Shown here: positions 35,719 to 36,477 of the stretch, in pieces
Position numbering within the stretch: position 1 is the first letter of the stretch
How the letters are laid out: the number at the start of each line of letters is the position of its first letter
IMG/VR virus record: IMGVR_UViG_3300032247_000480
Coordinates: 1 to 36,477 of that record
DNA: 36,477 nt
Strand: one strand, 5' to 3'
From: a virus
Taxonomy: Duplodnaviria > Caudoviricetes
Position numbers and translations under genes: made by a program
The notes under the pieces: generated by a model
Database searches by the model: none
Told to the model about the DNA's origin: nothing
Seen by the model: the letters and a program-made list of their open reading frames with translations, nothing else

Positions 35719-36477
35719 ATGAACCCAACTTTTAAACATATAGGATTATTCGCAGGGATGGGCGGTTTTGAACTAGCTGCATCCTATATGCGTTGGGAAA
35801 CATTAGCTTGGTGCGAAATAAATCCTTTCTGCCAAACAATTTTAAAATATCACTTTCCTAAAGCAGCGTCATATGGCGATATTAAAACAACAGATTTTAC
35901 AATTTACCGAGGAAAATGCGACATTCTCACAGGAGGATTTCCTTGCCAACCATTCAGCGTTGCAGGCAAAAGAAAAGGGACAGAAGATGAACGCCACTTG
36001 TGGCCCGAAATGCTTAGAGCAATTCGAGAAATTCAGCCACCGTGGGTTGTGGGCGAAAATGTTGGTGGCATCGTTAGTTGGGATGGAGGGTTGGTATTCG
36101 AGCAGGTGCAAATTGACTTGGAAGCTGAAGGGTACGAAGTACAACCGTTTATACTTCCAGCTTGTGCCGTCAACGCTCCACATAGGAGAGATAGAGTGTG
36201 GTTTATTGCCTACAACAAACACAACAGGAATAGACGGAGGAAGCAACAGCCGAAAAGCGAACAAGAAAAGAATAGAGCTTTTAAAAACACCAACTGTGAT
36301 GGATGGAGAAGTAACGAGTGGAAAGAAAAACCCGGTGTCGGGGAATTCGGGAACATTAGCACAGGAAATAATGAGCAGCTATGCACCAACACTTGCAATG
36401 CTTTACAAAATGTACCCAACACCAACTGCGATGGATGCGACCACTGCAACGGCAACAATGAAAAGCACACAAGTAAA
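35719..36477 (+). CDS. C5 DNA cytosine methyltransferase, N-terminal part (continues across the junction to 447; 360 aa in total; missing from the ORF track)
   Basis: Hand translation shows motif I (IGLFAGMGG), motif IV (GGFPCQPFS), motif VI (GENV) and motif VIII (PHRRDRVWFIA), with no stop before the window end. Confidence 0.95.
   Translation, partial: MNPTFKHIGLFAGMGGFELAASYMRWETLAWCEINPFCQTILKYHFPKAASYGDIKTTDFTIYRGKCDILTGGFPCQPFSVAGKRKGTEDERHLWPEMLRAIREIQPPWVVGENVGGIVSWDGGLVFEQVQIDLEAEGYEVQPFILPACAVNAPHRRDRVWFIAYNKHNRNRRRKQQPKSEQEKNRAFKNTNCDGWRSNEWKEKPGVGEFGNISTGNNEQLCTNTCNALQNVPNTNCDGCDHCNGNNEKHTSK
35873..36477 (+). CDS. Nested +1-frame ORF within the methyltransferase (putative beta subunit), N-terminal part; 287 aa in total from the first ATG
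   Basis: ATG at 35873 follows a TAA at 35843; the frame is open (MAILKQQILQ...LLPTTNT...LLKTPTVMD...) through the junction to 382. The true start is uncertain. Confidence 0.75.
   Translation, partial: MAILKQQILQFTEENATFSQEDFLANHSALQAKEKGQKMNATCGPKCLEQFEKFSHRGLWAKMLVASLVGMEGWYSSRCKLTWKLKGTKYNRLYFQLVPSTLHIGEIECGLLPTTNTTGIDGGSNSRKANKKRIELLKTPTVMDGEVTSGKKNPVSGNSGTLAQEIMSSYAPTLAMLYKMYPTPTAMDATTATATMKSTQV
36355..36477 (+). repeat. Terminal direct repeat, right copy (circular assembly overlap)
   Basis: Identical to 1-123. Confidence 0.97.

Larger units (their letters stand above)
1..36477. mobile_element. Complete circularly assembled tailed phage genome (contractile tail, Mu-like head/neck genes), probable Bacteroidota host
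   Basis: Terminase, portal, protease, capsid, sheath, tube, tape measure, baseplate, lysis and replication/recombination genes are all present; the ends overlap exactly; no host housekeeping genes. Confidence 0.95.

Noticed and set aside
35869-36470. Minus-strand ORFs opposite the methyltransferase (131 and 86 aa)
   Set aside because: No recognisable motifs or start context; probably a by-product of dual coding and higher GC on the plus strand.

Overview
The window is an apparently complete, circularly assembled genome of a tailed phage with a contractile (myovirus-type) tail. It is about 36.35 kb, because bases 1-123 repeat exactly at 36355-36477. The host is very probably a Bacteroidota bacterium, judged from TAnnTTTG promoter boxes, AT-rich starts without Shine-Dalgarno sequences, and Bacteroidota-type signal peptides. 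The minus strand (4348-29683) holds the late arm: VRR-NUC, antirepressor, TerS/TerL, Mu-like gp36, DUF935 portal, gpF/gp7 minor head protein with a mini-intein, baseplate, ClpP-type protease, major capsid protein, sheath, tube, frameshifting tail chaperone, tape measure, a free-standing GIY-YIG endonuclease, hub/spike, a fibre-like protein and a lysis cassette. The plus strand (29772, across the junction, to 4240) holds the early arm: an IbrB/IbrA-like ParB plus PAPS-reductase pair, a PD-(D/E)XK nuclease, Bet recombinase, a C5 cytosine methyltransferase, a DUF1376-like replication initiator and accessory ORFs. I recognised no integrase, transposase, tRNA or CRISPR array. The main observations are: (1) the methyltransferase is dual-coded, with a nested 287-codon +1-frame ORF supplying motif IX (M.EcoHK31I-like); (2) two accessory genes sit in integron attC-like cassette structures with no integrase present; (3) a kissing-loop/terminator RNA leader precedes the replication initiator; (4) proteins in the virion module carry Sec signal peptides; (5) a fused IbrB-like gene with IbrA is a candidate DNA-modification system. 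All calls come from reading motifs and synteny by eye; no database searches were run.
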